A stretch of 63,893 nucleotides of DNA, counting the filler, from Conidiobolus incongruus B7586 (lineage: Eukaryota), in assembly GCA_000697335.1 (NCBI GenBank). It is 8 parts of 8 records of this genome, joined end to end, with 100 filler letters (N's around TTAATTAATTAA, not from the genome) between each part and the next. Parts side by side here need not be neighbours in the genome. Positions count along the whole stretch, not along the records: positions 28,221 to 59,162 come from JNEM01006634.1; positions 59,263 to 60,987 come from JNEM01006635.1; positions 61,088 to 62,413 come from JNEM01006636.1; positions 62,514 to 63,893 come from JNEM01006667.1; 4 more parts are not named here. The stretch is one strand, 5' to 3'. The stretch's first letter is position 1, and every line of letters starts with the position of its first letter. Shown here one piece after another: positions 51,197 through 63,842 of this stretch. The notes beneath the pieces were generated by a model, which worked only from the letters and a program-made list of their open reading frames with translations, had not been told where the DNA came from and ran no database searches. The position numbers were made by a program, and so were the translations under genes.

Positions 51197-51862
51197 ATGA
51201 AAGTTAACATGAGCAGTATTAAATTTTATTTTGATATCAGCAGTTTTTACTCAGGATTAGCTGCATTGAGAATCGTTAGAAAAATCAGAGATAAGAGCTT
51301 CCAACACAAATTCGAGCTTAAACCCATCGTACTTGGTGCAGTGTTCAAGTCTCAGGGAGTTCAAGCTCCAGCAATTGCCAATCCCATTAAGGGAAAGTAT
51401 ATGTGGCGCGATGTCGAGCGCCAGGCCAAGGAATTGGGCTACAACAAATTTCAGACCAGTCACTTCCCCATTCATTCGGTGTTAGCTCACCGCGTTATTA
51501 TTTATTTAGACGTGAACGAATCTCAATTTGGTAACACCGAATCTGAAGTGGGCTTAGCTCTTAGATTTACAGAAAAAGTCTACGAAGCTGCTTACACTCA
51601 AGACGTTGACGTATCCAAGCCTGAAAGCTTGAGCAAAGTTTTGAAAACAATTTTATCTGACGTCGATACTGACAAAATTGTTCAGGAAGCTAACACTCAA
51701 AAATATAAAGATATCCTCAAGGCTAACACCGATGAAGCTATTGACAAAGGAATTTTTGGAGCTCCTACTTTCATCTGCCCTGATGGTGAGTTATTCTGGG
51801 GCAATGACCGTTTGATGTCAGCTTATAAGTGGGCTGATAAAGTTATTAAAGCTAAGCTTTAA
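51197..51862 (+). CDS. GST kappa / HCCA isomerase tandem paralog (start may be 51209)
   Basis: Same motifs; C-terminal AKL. Confidence 0.85.
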   Translation: MKVNMSSIKFYFDISSFYSGLAALRIVRKIRDKSFQHKFELKPIVLGAVFKSQGVQAPAIANPIKGKYMWRDVERQAKELGYNKFQTSHFPIHSVLAHRVIIYLDVNESQFGNTESEVGLALRFTEKVYEAAYTQDVDVSKPESLSKVLKTILSDVDTDKIVQEANTQKYKDILKANTDEAIDKGIFGAPTFICPDGELFWGNDRLMSAYKWADKVIKAKL

Positions 51863-52835
51863 ATTTGTCATGTGTCTAACACTAAACCTATTAAACTGAA
51901 ACATTGATTGATTGGAATAACCTCACATTACCCATAGTTTATTTCAACTATCATCTTGTAGATTTCTTTAATCTAAATGCTACTCTTTTGAATTCTTTAT
52001 ATATACCATTTAATATTTTTCTGATATGAGTTACTCTAAATATAATATTTTATTTTTACTAATGCAACCAAGTCATTATATAGTATTATTTTTCCTCATT
52101 TTTTGGTTTTAATATATAGTATGTAATTATAGATATTATGTTGATTTCTAAAAATAAAATATTTAACTCTATATAATAAATATTTGTTCAATTATGATGA
52201 AATTTGATTTTCTTACTCTAAATTGTATTATATATAATTCAATTGAATTCGAAGGCTTACTAATAAACGGTAATACCTTTAAATTACTCAAATTAAAATT
52301 AATTTTGAGTTTATCAAAATGATATAATATATTATACAATACTATTAAATCAATATTCTATTGATTCAATTTTATTTATAAACTTGAAGTCATGGTAATT
52401 AACTTTAACCAGCATGTTAATGTGATTAACTGAATAATATTATTTATGAAACTTTGGATATATTGATGAAAAAGAAATTTACGGATGAATATATTGGAAA
52501 AATTAAACTTTGAAATATATTGATATATATTTATTTGATTACTAAGTGTATATTTATTCACCTGGAGAATAAAGGATTATACAAATTAACAATTAATATA
52601 ATTAATAATTAAAAAGTCTATAATAGAGATAATTATAGATGTTTAAGCAATAAATATCATGATTGGATATTGGACTGAATATCAATAATAATTGTTTGAA
52701 AACAAAATACAATGAATATAGTTTCATAAAAATTATCTACATCAATAATTATTAAAATATAAAATATTAATAGTGGTATTATTGAAAATATTGAAAAGTG
52801 AATTAACAAGAAACATAGCACTCCTGATTAAAAAA

Positions 52836-53909
52836 TTAGAATATAATATCCTCATCTTGATCCTGGTTCAAAATGTTAGCAGTTTCGCCAGGGTGGGCGG
52901 CGGCGTCAGCTGGGATAAGACCTTGATCAATTAATTCTTGTTGAGCCTTCAATTTGGCATCAAGGATTTCCATTTCTCTTTCCTTATCCCTCTTCTTCTT
53001 GCCTTGCACTTTCTTAAGCCTGAAGAATTCTTCACGATCTGCTTCATCCAATTCGGAAATAATATAATTGATGGTATTTTCAATTCTGGGTATGATGACG
53101 TGCTCAATAGCGTTAACTCTACGATTGGTTAGTTTGATGACTTCGTCAAGGGTAACAAATGCAGTCTACGATTTGAATAATTTTGTATTAAGAATTTTGA
53201 AAATTTTAAAAAAAGGAATGAAAAATTACTTGAAGTGAGGCCAATTCAATCAATGCTTCAACAGCACTAGTATAAGTTTGTTTACAGCGTTGAACTTGTT
53301 GACCACCTCGACCCAAACCAGTCAATTCGAAAGCTAACAAATTGTCAGAATGGAATAAATTTTAAAAAAAAATAAAGCTAAAATATACCATTAGATCCCT
53401 CCGAATAAGATTCGAATTTGGGCAACATAACGCCCGAAACGTTATCTAATTTGGTACGAACTCTCAATTGAGCAGTTTTAACGCTTTCTCTAACTTTGTA
53501 ACTGAATTAAAAAATAATTAATAATTTTAATAAAAACTATTTAGATGAATTTACCTGATGTCACCGGTGGTATAAGTAACTTCAGCCAAAGAAAATGAAG
53601 CATTTTGCATAATTTTACCCATCTTCAATTTAGCCTAATATTTCATTTGTATTAAAATCAGCAAATTCAGATGAAAAAAAATTGATATTATTACTTCACC
53701 AATTTTACCCACAATCTCTCTAAAACGCTTAGTTAAAGCTTCACTCTTACGTTTTAATAAACTGTGACCAGTTTGAGCTCCCTTTAACTTCAGTTTCATA
53801 CTTGTTAAAGCCCTAAACATCCCGACTTAGATGAATAATTACAAATTTGAAGTGATGAATATTACATTCGAGTTGGAAAAATGGCAATTCTGTTACTATT
53901 TCCTGACAT
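52836..53909 (-). CDS. VMA8: V-type proton ATPase subunit D, 6 exons
   Basis: [45 protein letters not shown]...[14 protein letters not shown]...[18 protein letters not shown]; five GT-AG introns. Confidence 0.95.
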
Positions 53910-54094
53910 CTTTTATTAATATTATTAATTGATCTAATTGATAAAGTAGTTAATATATCGTTTTAATAACTTTGAAAAATATAATTTTTAATGGACTTGC
54001 AATAAATGAAATATTGAGAATTGATGTCATTCATTTATATGGTGAATTGTCATTGTGGGAAATTGATTTTTTAGTAGCATTTCTGAAATCATAA

Positions 54095-55356
54095 ATACTC
54101 TAGAAATTAATTAACAACACATTTCTAAAATCAAATTTAAATGTAAATTCTAATATGAAATATATTAAAATAAATATATAATATAAAATCAATACTCTCA
54201 TTTATTATTAATAATCATTTGCTATACATTTGGCAAGCTTCTAACACTTGAAAAACAGTTTTTTTATCAAAGACTGAAGTTTGATATTTCACAAGCCATT
54301 AAATTTGTTTATAGAAATTATATATATATATTTTAATTGCTTAAAGCAGTTACAGTTACATAAGTTGTAATCTAGTGAATAAATTATATATGGTAATATT
54401 TTAATTTATTTTTCCTTAAGAAATATTTTATTGCTTTAAATTTATGTACTTTTTAATTATCATGCCAAATAATTATATTTAATTAAAAATACCATTTAGA
54501 AATTATATTATTTAAAAATATATCAAAATTCTGATTAATTGATTTTCTTTTAAGAATTAAATAAAAATAACATATATTATTATAATCTATTATAATAGTT
54601 AACATATACTTGTAAATAAAATACTTGTTCTTTAAGATTTATAAAATAGTTTTTTTAATTTAATATTTTGCTTTGTTTTTTAATAATGGATTATATAAAA
54701 AAATTTATAATTTATGAATTATAATAATTTAATATAAAAGTTTAAGTTTCTAACTATACTATAATAAGATTTGTTTAGTTATAGCTCTTTTAATTTTCTT
54801 TTAAACTTTTGTTAAAATATAAGGTAATTATTTAACATTTATATTAATTAAAGTTTAAACTTTAATATATAATATACTTATATAATTAATATTAAATTAA
54901 TTTGATTATTTTTCATATAAAATAAAAAGGTGTTTTTTGATATATTTCTTTATTTTTTTATTGATTAAAAAAATAACAGTAGAAATTAGTCTTTTAGATT
55001 TAATACAATTTAGACAATTTCATTTTAAACTTTAAAATAACAAATCTAGCAATAAATAGTAATTTTAAATAAAATATCATCTTTACAAAGTGCTTATAAA
55101 TTTTAAATAATTTCAAAGGATTTGTAGTTGAGCTTTAATAATACTAGAAAAAAACTTTTGATGTTCACTATCTAGTTTAAGCATACTTATATTTAATATC
55201 AAATTCTTAAATTAAAATTTTTAATACAAAAACATTATTTACAAATATATGTATTGTTTAAAGATATAAATACTCCTATTTATTTAAATATAAATTGAAT
55301 TTTAAAATTAATAATAAGTTTGAAAAACTAAAAATTAAAAAAATTGTCATTACTTT
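54095..55356 (-). mobile_element. Degenerate mariner
   Basis: Colinear with 47766-49092; TIRs eroded, so boundaries are approximate. Confidence 0.8.
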
Positions 55357-55867
55357 TTGTCTGAAGTGATAATATTGAATTCTTGAATGGTGTAGGAAGA
55401 TATAAATTTATCAAATTTAAAACTGATTTTTAATATTAAATTATAATTAATTTCTTGTAAAGTATTTTAATATATACATCAAAAGATATATTAAATATTC
55501 ATTACAGACACTTTAATATATAAATCGATTTTATCAATAATGAAGAGTGATCAATCAAATCAGATTAATATTGTTACATATTTCAGTCGAATTTTAATTT
55601 AGATATTCATATGTTGATAAATTGACATATTGACATTCTCTGAATGTCAGATATTATGATGAGACATAGATATATAGAAACAATCCCTGTATTATTATTT
55701 TTTCATTTTTATTAAATATTTGAATTGCAATTTCAGCTGGACATAGTGAACCAAAATAAAATTAGGTCAAATAATAATTTAGTATTTATATTATCAAATA
55801 TAAATATGAGTATTAAAATAAAATAATTGTAATAAATAGATATTGTACGATTTTATTAGCTTGATAC

Positions 55868-56238
55868 TTATTTCTTTCTTGAGGCTCTCTTTTCTTTGCC
55901 TATAAAAAATAATAATATTAATATAGAATATAGCGGTATAGAAAGATATTTTACTTACACTTTTTGGGAGCACCTTTACCTCTACGTCTTCTAGAGTCAG
56001 CGATCCAAATTCTATAACCTTCTTCCTCGGTAATTTTATCCATTTCAACCCCTCTCAATTCATGACGAATTTTAGGTAAATCGAAACGTTCAGGATAATA
56101 ATTCAATATTTTGGGACCGATTAATGGTTTTAAGTATTTGGAACCGTCGCGTTCGATAGTGGGGATTCTGAGCTTGAAAATATTACTGATAATTTTGTCG
56201 AGCGCTAGTCTGCGAGCTGGATTAACAACTTGACTCAT
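55868..56238 (-). CDS. RSM27: Mitochondrial ribosomal small-subunit protein mS33 (Rsm27-like), 2 exons
   Basis: IF...R.GSKYL.PLIGP..LNYYP...RRRGKGAPKK family signature; GTAAGT..TAG intron at about 55900-55958. Confidence 0.8.
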
Positions 56239-56744
56239 TTTACAATATGGATTATTAACTATATTCAAACGAAAAAATTGGTGATTAATTTTGAATTATT
56301 TTCATAATATATATTTTTACATTAATTTAAAAAAATGAATCTATTGATTAATTATTAGATGTTAGAAACTGATAAAATTACTTAAATAAAATTCTATTTC
56401 ATTCAAATTGTGGGATTTAGGAATATCGGTTTGTGTGATGATAAAATATCATTTATTAAATTGGAAACAAGATTATGATAATATTTTAAAAAATAAAAAT
56501 AAATCAGAATAAAATTGTTAAGAGAGGAAGGAAAAAACGAGTAGAGAAAAATGAATTATGTTCGGAGAAGAAAATTATATATGAATATGTTTAAAAAGAA
56601 TAAATAAGTAATTGATAATATAAAAATGAATAAAAATATATAAAAACAAAAAAGAAATAGATGATACTAAGATAGATTTGAAAATGTAATATTTAAAAAT
56701 CTCATCGAAAGAGTCTTTCAAAATCGACAAGAAAGGATTGCTAT

Positions 56745-56828
56745 GCTGATATGGCCGAGTGGTCCAAGGCGGGTGACTTAAGATCCCCTCCCGGTAACGG
56801 GGCGTGAGTTCGAACCTCACTGTCAGCA
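56745..56828 (+). tRNA. tRNA-Leu (anticodon TAA)
   Basis: Acceptor gctgata/tgtcagc, D-arm ggccgagtggtccaaggc, anticodon loop ctTAAga, long variable arm, GTTCGAA T-loop, downstream T-run. Confidence 0.92.
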
Positions 56829-56918
56829 TTTTGGATTCTTTTTATTATTTTTGAATTTATTTTTATTGTATTTGAAATATTCATGATTTTTGAAATAAAG
56901 TTTATTTTAGTTAAAAAT

Positions 56919-58106
56919 TTAAATATCTAATAATTCATTCACTTTAGGACCCAAATAATCCGGAATGACAAACCCTTTGTCAACCGCATTTTGAAACAGA
57001 GATTTTGCTTCAGCTGTCATACTATTCTCTAACAAGTGACTCAATATGATTTTTACTACAAAGAAGTGATTTTCGTCTGGGTAATTGAGGTACATTTCGT
57101 CGAGGGTTTGCTTCAAAGTTTCGTAATCTTTGTGTCTCAGATGCGATTTCACAAGTTGGATGTAGTAGTTTTTTGTTGGGATTGTGTACTTGGCCAAGAA
57201 TTCTTGTTTGAGTTGGGGTATAACTGGATTTTGGGGGTCGTAGCCAGTAAAGTGGAGGATTAATGCTTGGTAAGTGTACTTGAGGGGAATTAGATTGTAT
57301 TCCCATTTCATTTGTTCTAGATGCATGAGTGCTTGGTCCTCCTCGCCACATCTTGCGAGTAGCAGAATGATCTGGTGGTAAATGACGGGAGTTGGCGTGA
57401 CTCGACATTTTCGCATATAATGAAGCCATTTCAAAGCGTAGAACCACTCCTGCTGTATTACGCTCATATGGATCATTATTGAAAATGATACTGCATTCGG
57501 AGCAAATCCCAATTTACCTTGCCTCAACTTGCGAAATAGGCGAGACGCTTCGCGATACTGCCCCCTTGAAATCATTTTCCTCAGGATAAAGTGGCAGCTC
57601 TCCAAATCTTCTGGATCTCTGGCAGGAGGATTTTCTGGCCTCAAATTTGGAGGTAATTTTAGATAAGCTTTCATTAAATATTCGTGAAGTCCAGGCTGAC
57701 AGTTCAATTTAAAAGTTTTGGAATACTCGATTAATTTTAGGATTCTATCATAGGCTTCGGGTTTTAATTTGCTTCCAGGTTTTTCTCCTGGAGTTTTAAG
57801 GCAGTATTGACCTACTAGTAATAGTGTTAGATCGTCCATTTGAGGATTAGGATGTAATGAGTATGCTTCTAGAAGATCGAATGCAGCATCTAGCCCATTA
57901 AACAATAGTAGATTAGTTATGCGCTTATGTAAAAGTGTTTTGGAGTCGGTAAAGTCAGGATGAGTGGCTGACAGGGATAAGGATGGTTGGGCATTAGGAA
58001 CTTGGACTGAAGTGGGAATTGTAGTTAAAGTAGGTTCATGAAGATATCTTCTAAAAATTGTCCAAGAGTTAAAATGAATTTTATGAGATCTTAATATTCT
58101 ATTCAT
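56919..58106 (-). CDS. Pentatricopeptide repeat (PPR) protein, probably mitochondrial
   Basis: Approximately 35-aa repeats (PNAVSFSIMI, PTPVIYHQII, PLKYTYQALI, PTKNYYIQLV) and an Arg-rich presequence-like N-terminus. Confidence 0.8.
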   Translation of the reverse strand: MNRILRSHKIHFNSWTIFRRYLHEPTLTTIPTSVQVPNAQPSLSLSATHPDFTDSKTLLHKRITNLLLFNGLDAAFDLLEAYSLHPNPQMDDLTLLLVGQYCLKTPGEKPGSKLKPEAYDRILKLIEYSKTFKLNCQPGLHEYLMKAYLKLPPNLRPENPPARDPEDLESCHFILRKMISRGQYREASRLFRKLRQGKLGFAPNAVSFSIMIHMSVIQQEWFYALKWLHYMRKCRVTPTPVIYHQIILLLARCGEEDQALMHLEQMKWEYNLIPLKYTYQALILHFTGYDPQNPVIPQLKQEFLAKYTIPTKNYYIQLVKSHLRHKDYETLKQTLDEMYLNYPDENHFFVVKIILSHLLENSMTAEAKSLFQNAVDKGFVIPDYLGPKVNELLDI

Positions 58107-58824
58107 TCTATATTAATTTATTTATGATCATATATAATTTTGTTTTTTTTAATTTAATCTGTTACTGTTTATTAAAAACTACTTTTTAATAGGTTTAGTA
58201 ATTAAAAATTAAAACAAATTTTTTTATGGGATAACATATTGTTAATAATACTTAAAATAATTTATTTAAGTTTTTATGTTAAAACAGTTTTTGACTTAAA
58301 AAAATTAATTTAACTTGATATCTAAAATCAAAAATCAATTTATCAAATATCTTTTAAAATGATATTAATATAAAATATACTAAATTAAGTTAATATTTAA
58401 TATTGATTAATTTATTTATATTGGTAAATTCAATATCCATCAAATTTAAATCAAAAAAATTAAATTTTTAATCTAAATAAATTACTAAATACAGTAGTTA
58501 ACATGATTAGTAATAAGTTGTAGTTATCAACACTATAATTACCAAATAATAACAATAATATGAGTATAATGTGACAAAAACCACCAAACAAAAAAAATTC
58601 GAAGAATCCATTTTAAATTCGTAAGAATAAAACAAATTCTTTAGATAAAGAAATATATATATAAATTTTGATTTAAAAATAAAGATAAATTCATGTTAGA
58701 CTAAAAAGTCAAGAAAATTATATCATTTAAATTGAGATTAAATATTTTGAAGACTTTATTATTAAGTTAATAAATTATAAATACAATTGTTATAGTCCAT
58801 CATTATTGATGATAACATGGTTAA

Positions 58825-59162
58825 TTAAGCGTCAGCAGAGAAAGCTTTGATGAGGTTTTCGACACCGTTCCAAGTACCCATAACACAGCCGATGACACCA
58901 CAAGCCATCACAATAAAGATCCAGAAGAGAGTGAGGAAGTTGCGCTGTCTCCAGCCGAATAACTTGAGGTGGCAGATGACTGGGAGGAAGTAGACTGTCA
59001 TACAGTTGGTGAGAGCGGAGACCAAATCCATGACTTCGGCGAAGTAGGGGATGAAGTAGGCGATGATGAGGACGAGAGCACCGATACCAAGACGTAACAG
59101 GAATCTAGATAAGATTTCCTTGGATTTGGACATGTACTGGGGTGAGATCTTGAGAATAGATA
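58825..59162 (-). CDS. Amino acid permease (Aa_trans), 3' end only; runs into a gap
   Basis: IAYFIPYFAEVMDLVSA...FLPVICHLKLFG...GVIGCVMGT is a typical family C-terminus; the frame is open up to the gap. Confidence 0.8.
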
Positions 59163-59421
59163 NNNNNNNNNNNNNNNNNNNNNNNNNNNNNNNNNNNNNN
59201 NNNNNNTTAATTAATTAANNNNNNNNNNNNNNNNNNNNNNNNNNNNNNNNNNNNNNNNNNNNAAAAAAATATTATAAAATTATTTAACAAGAATAATGAT
59301 ATATTAATTAATATTATATATTTATATTATTTTTTAAATATATTTGATTTTCAATATAATATTTTAAAATAATAAAAATATTAAAAAAATTTTAATTTTG
59401 TTTTTTTCAAATAATTTGATA

Positions 59422-60744
59422 TAACTTTGGAATTTAAATAATGGGAATTTTTGCAATTGAAAAAAAGTAAACATTTTAATATATAAGTAAAAATAAATAT
59501 ATAATATAAAATTAATAATTTCTTTTATTTCTAATAACTTTTTGTTATATTTTTAGCAAAGATCAAACACCTAAAAAATAGTTCTTTTTATTAAAGACTG
59601 AAATTTGATATTTCACAAATCAATTAAATTTTCTTGCAGAAATTTTCTTTCTTGTAAGTTGGTTTTTTAATTGCCTAAAACAATTATAATCACATAGGTT
59701 ATAATTTAAGGAATATACTAGATATGGTAGTTTTTCCAGTTATTTTTAATTAAAAAGTTTTTTATAATTTTAGATTTATGTATTTTGCAATTATATGCAA
59801 AATAATAGGTCTTGTCAAATTATATTAAGAATACCAATTAGAAATAGTTTTATTTAAAAAAGAAATATAAAGTTTACTATTAATTGGTTTTCCTTTAAGA
59901 ACTACATAAAAATAGCATATATTATTATAATCCATTATAACAATAAATATTCATTTATTAACAAAATGTTTATTTAAAGGAATTTGTAAAAGTGGTTGAT
60001 TTAGCTTAATCCAACACTTTAATTTATGTTTTGGTAAAGGATTATACAAAAGAATCCAAGATTCATCAATTGTAATAATTCATTGTAAAAGCTTTAGTTT
60101 CTAGCTATACCTTAGTAAGTTTTGTTTAGCAATAGCTACTCTAACTTTTTTTAAACTTTAATTAAATTATAAGTTACCTATTTTATATTTTTATTAATTA
60201 ATTTTACTTTAAACTTTAATATATATAAAATACTAATATGATTAATATTAAAGTATCTTGATAATTCTCTAGCTAAAATAAAAAGATGCTTTTTAATATG
60301 TTTTTTTACTTTATTAACAATTAGAAAAAATATAATTAAAATTAGTCTTTTAGATTTTAGCAAGTTTTAGGTAATTTCTCTCCTAGCCTTAAAGTAATTT
60401 ACCTAGCAATAAATTATTGATTTAGATAATATTTTATTACCAAAAGCTGTTTATAAATCTTAAATGATTTTAAAGGGTTTATGGTTTAGTTTTATTGATA
60501 CTAAAATAAAAAATTTTTGATAATGATTATTTAATTTAAGTATAATTAAATTAAACAACTAATTTTAAAAAATTATTTTTTTAATCAAAAAAGTTATTAT
60601 ATATATATAAATATATACATATATATATAATTTAAAACTAATTATTTTCCTATTTATTTTGTATATATATTTTGATTTAAAACTAATAATATGTTTGAAA
60701 AATTAGAAATTAAAAAATTTCCCATTTCTTCAATTCTATGGTAA
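59422..60744 (-). mobile_element. Full-length (~1323 bp) inactivated mariner (second subfamily)
   Basis: TIRs taactttggaatttaaataatgggaattttt / aaaaatttcccatttcttcaattctatggtaa, flanked by TA. Confidence 0.88.
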
Positions 60745-61087
60745 TAATTTTGAAAAAATAAATAAATAAAAATATTTTTATATTAGAATATTTGTAATAT
60801 AATATTTAAATTGAAATTTAATTATTCTTGAATTAAATAATTATTATCTAATGTTTTTTATTTTAATATTATTTAAACTTAACTATAAACTGTTTAAAAT
60901 TATTAAAAATTTATAAATAACTTAAATAATGATATTAAATTTTAATTTACTATTATTATATAATTATAAAAAAAATCTTAACTTTGGNNNNNNNNNNNNN
61001 NNNNNNNNNNNNNNNNNNNNNNNNNNNNNNNTTAATTAATTAANNNNNNNNNNNNNNNNNNNNNNNNNNNNNNNNNNNNNNNNNNNN

Positions 61088-62255
61088 TTTTTATTAAATA
61101 TATAATTTTTTAAAATTAGATATTGAATTTAATTATATTTAAATTAAATAATGATTATTAAAAGTTTTTTATTTTAGTATTAGTAAAACTTAACCATAAA
61201 TCTTTTAAAATCATTTAAAGTTTATAAATAACTTTTGGTAATAAAGTATTATCTAAATTAATAATTTATTACTAGGTTAATTATTTTAAAATTAAGAAAA
61301 AAACTACCCAAAACCTATCAAAATTTAAAGGATTAATATCAACTATCACTTTTCTAACTATAAATAAAATAAAAAAATATATTAGAAAATATCTTTTTAT
61401 TTTAGCTAGAGAAATATCAAAATACTTTAATAATATTTATATTAATATCTTATATATATAAAAGTTTAAATTAAAATTAATTAATAAAAATATAAAATAG
61501 GTATCTTATAATTTAACTAAAACTTAAAAAAAGCTAAAATAGTTATTACTAAACAAATCTTACTAAGGTATAGCTAGAAATTAAAGATTTTATAATAAAT
61601 TGTTAAAATTGATAAATCTTAAATTATTTTATATAATTGTTAACTAAATATAAATCAAAGTGTTAGATTAAATTAAATTAACTTTTTTTATAAATTCTTT
61701 TAAATAAATCTTTTATTGATAAATATATGTTAGTTATTATAATAGATTATATTAATATATGCTATTTTTATTTAGTTCTTAAAGGAAAATTAATTAATAA
61801 TGATTTTTATTTTTTTTAGATAAAATTATTTTTAATTGATATTCTCAATATAATTTTAAAAAACCTATTATTTTATATAATAATTACAAAATATATAGAT
61901 CTAAAGTTATAAAGAATTTTTTAATTAGAAATAACTTGAAAAAACTACCATATCTAATATATTCTTTATATTATAACCTATGTGATTATAATTGTTTTAA
62001 GTAATTAAAAAACCTACTTACAAGAAAGAAAATTTTTTCATAAAAATTTAATTAGTTTATAAAATATCAAATTTCAGTCTTTAATAAAAAAAATTATTTT
62101 TCAGATATTAGATCTTTGCTTAAAATATGACAAAAAGTTATTAAAAATAAAAAAAATTAATAATTTTATAATATATATTTATTTTTATTTTTTATATATT
62201 AAAATATTTATTTTTTTCAATCACAAAAAATTCCCATTATTTAAATTATAAATCA
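61088..62255 (+). mobile_element. Degenerate mariner (second subfamily), inverted relative to its neighbour
   Basis: Reverse complement of 59422-60600; right TIR aaaaaattcccattatttaaattata. Confidence 0.82.
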
Positions 62256-62513
62256 ATAATTAAAAATACAAAAAACTATTTAAAAGTATTTTTTAAGAAA
62301 ATATTAATTATTAAATTTATTAGAAATATTACAAATATTACAAATAATAAAATTAATAGTCAGATTTAATATTATTTAAAAAACACAATTAAATTAAAAT
62401 ATACAAATATTGANNNNNNNNNNNNNNNNNNNNNNNNNNNNNNNNNNNNNNNNNNNNTTAATTAATTAANNNNNNNNNNNNNNNNNNNNNNNNNNNNNNN
62501 NNNNNNNNNNNNN

Positions 62514-63842
62514 TAGATATAATTAAATTTGAATTTAATAATAAGTATATTAGCTTTTTTGTAAAATTTAATATAAAAGAAAATTAAATAATTATAGAAT
62601 GATAATATTTAAAGTTGATTAAAAATCCTTTTAAATATAAAATTAATATGATTATTTTTGTAAAAAAATCTATTTTTAAACTTATTTAAATCAAATATTA
62701 TTTAATTTTAAAATATTTATTTTTATATTATGTCTCTTGTGAATTTAATCTATGAATTTACCATTAAAAATTACTTCCTTAAATTATGATTAAATTTGAA
62801 TTTTAATCTTATCTCTTATATATTTAAACTTAGATCTTATTTTAAAAGTTATTATATTATTTATAATTGATCAAAAACCTTAAAACTAGATTTAATTATT
62901 ATTAAATAGGAGAAAAAGAGTTCTATATTGATTATATAGTTAAATCTAAATTTATTAAAAATAAGGTTTAATTTTATATAAAATAAATAGGTTATTTTAT
63001 CAAATAACTTATTTCGCAATATCTAGAAAATATAAACAATATTTTAACCTATTATATCTATTTAGACAAACCTAATAAATATATTGTTTTAAATTTACTA
63101 ATACAGTATTAAAAGACTAGTTTTTTAAACTATTATATATATTTCTATGTATTTAATTAATGATAAATAATATAATTATTTATATAGTTTTATTATATAT
63201 ATTAATGTTGTATTTCAAAATTAATCATCTCTTCCAGTTTGATAGCTAAACCAATATTATTTCTATTTTAAGCTGGCTTTGTCAGTATATAATTGAAGGA
63301 TACTCTTTGTTCTCTTTATTTTCTTTATTAGATTTTATCCAAATCCCATATCATTCATTGATTCAATTATTTAAACCCAACAGTGATAAAGATAGAGAGG
63401 AAGTTTTTTTTCTTTTGAATATTCTGCTACGACGCCTCAACAGTAAGTTTTCAAACCTACAGTCCCGATACGTTAAAGAGCAGGATTAATAAATAATTTA
63501 CTAAATCATATTTTGAGTACTTTTCTAACTACGATCTTTATTTATAAAACTTAATATAAAACACAACATTAATAATATCAAATAATTTAATAAGTCAGGT
63601 TTTTTACTTTCTCTCTTAATATTTATCTTTTCTATAATTATTAAAAATATAAATTTATTTTGTCAATATCATAATATATTTGTAATATTTAATATATATC
63701 TAAATATATTAATCATTTATTTATTTTAAAACTTAATTAAAATTTCTTTATATTTGTACATAATATTATGATATTTTTTTCTATATTATTTTATATTAAG
63801 TTATACTCTATATTATATTAATTTAACTCTCATTATATTTAT
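62514..63842 (+). mobile_element. Heavily decayed chromovirus 3' end with 3' LTR-A (~63107-63842), interrupted by another LTR-like repeat
   Basis: aaaactagatttaattatt..gagaaaaagagttctatattg matches the chromodomain region at 22700-22850. The LTR-A relic starts tattaaaagactag and resumes after 63568. Confidence 0.72.
63206..63568. mobile_element. Solo-LTR-like repeat (homolog of 3230-3574)
   Basis: TGTTGT...ACAACA inverted termini with TTAA on both sides; inserted within the LTR-A relic. Confidence 0.7.

Noticed and set aside
56575..56829. 84-aa minus-strand ORF
   Set aside because: Antisense to tRNA-Leu plus low-complexity AT sequence.
57022..57447. Alternative-frame and antisense ORFs within the PPR, GH47, ALDH and GST genes
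   Set aside because: Shadow frames of real genes.
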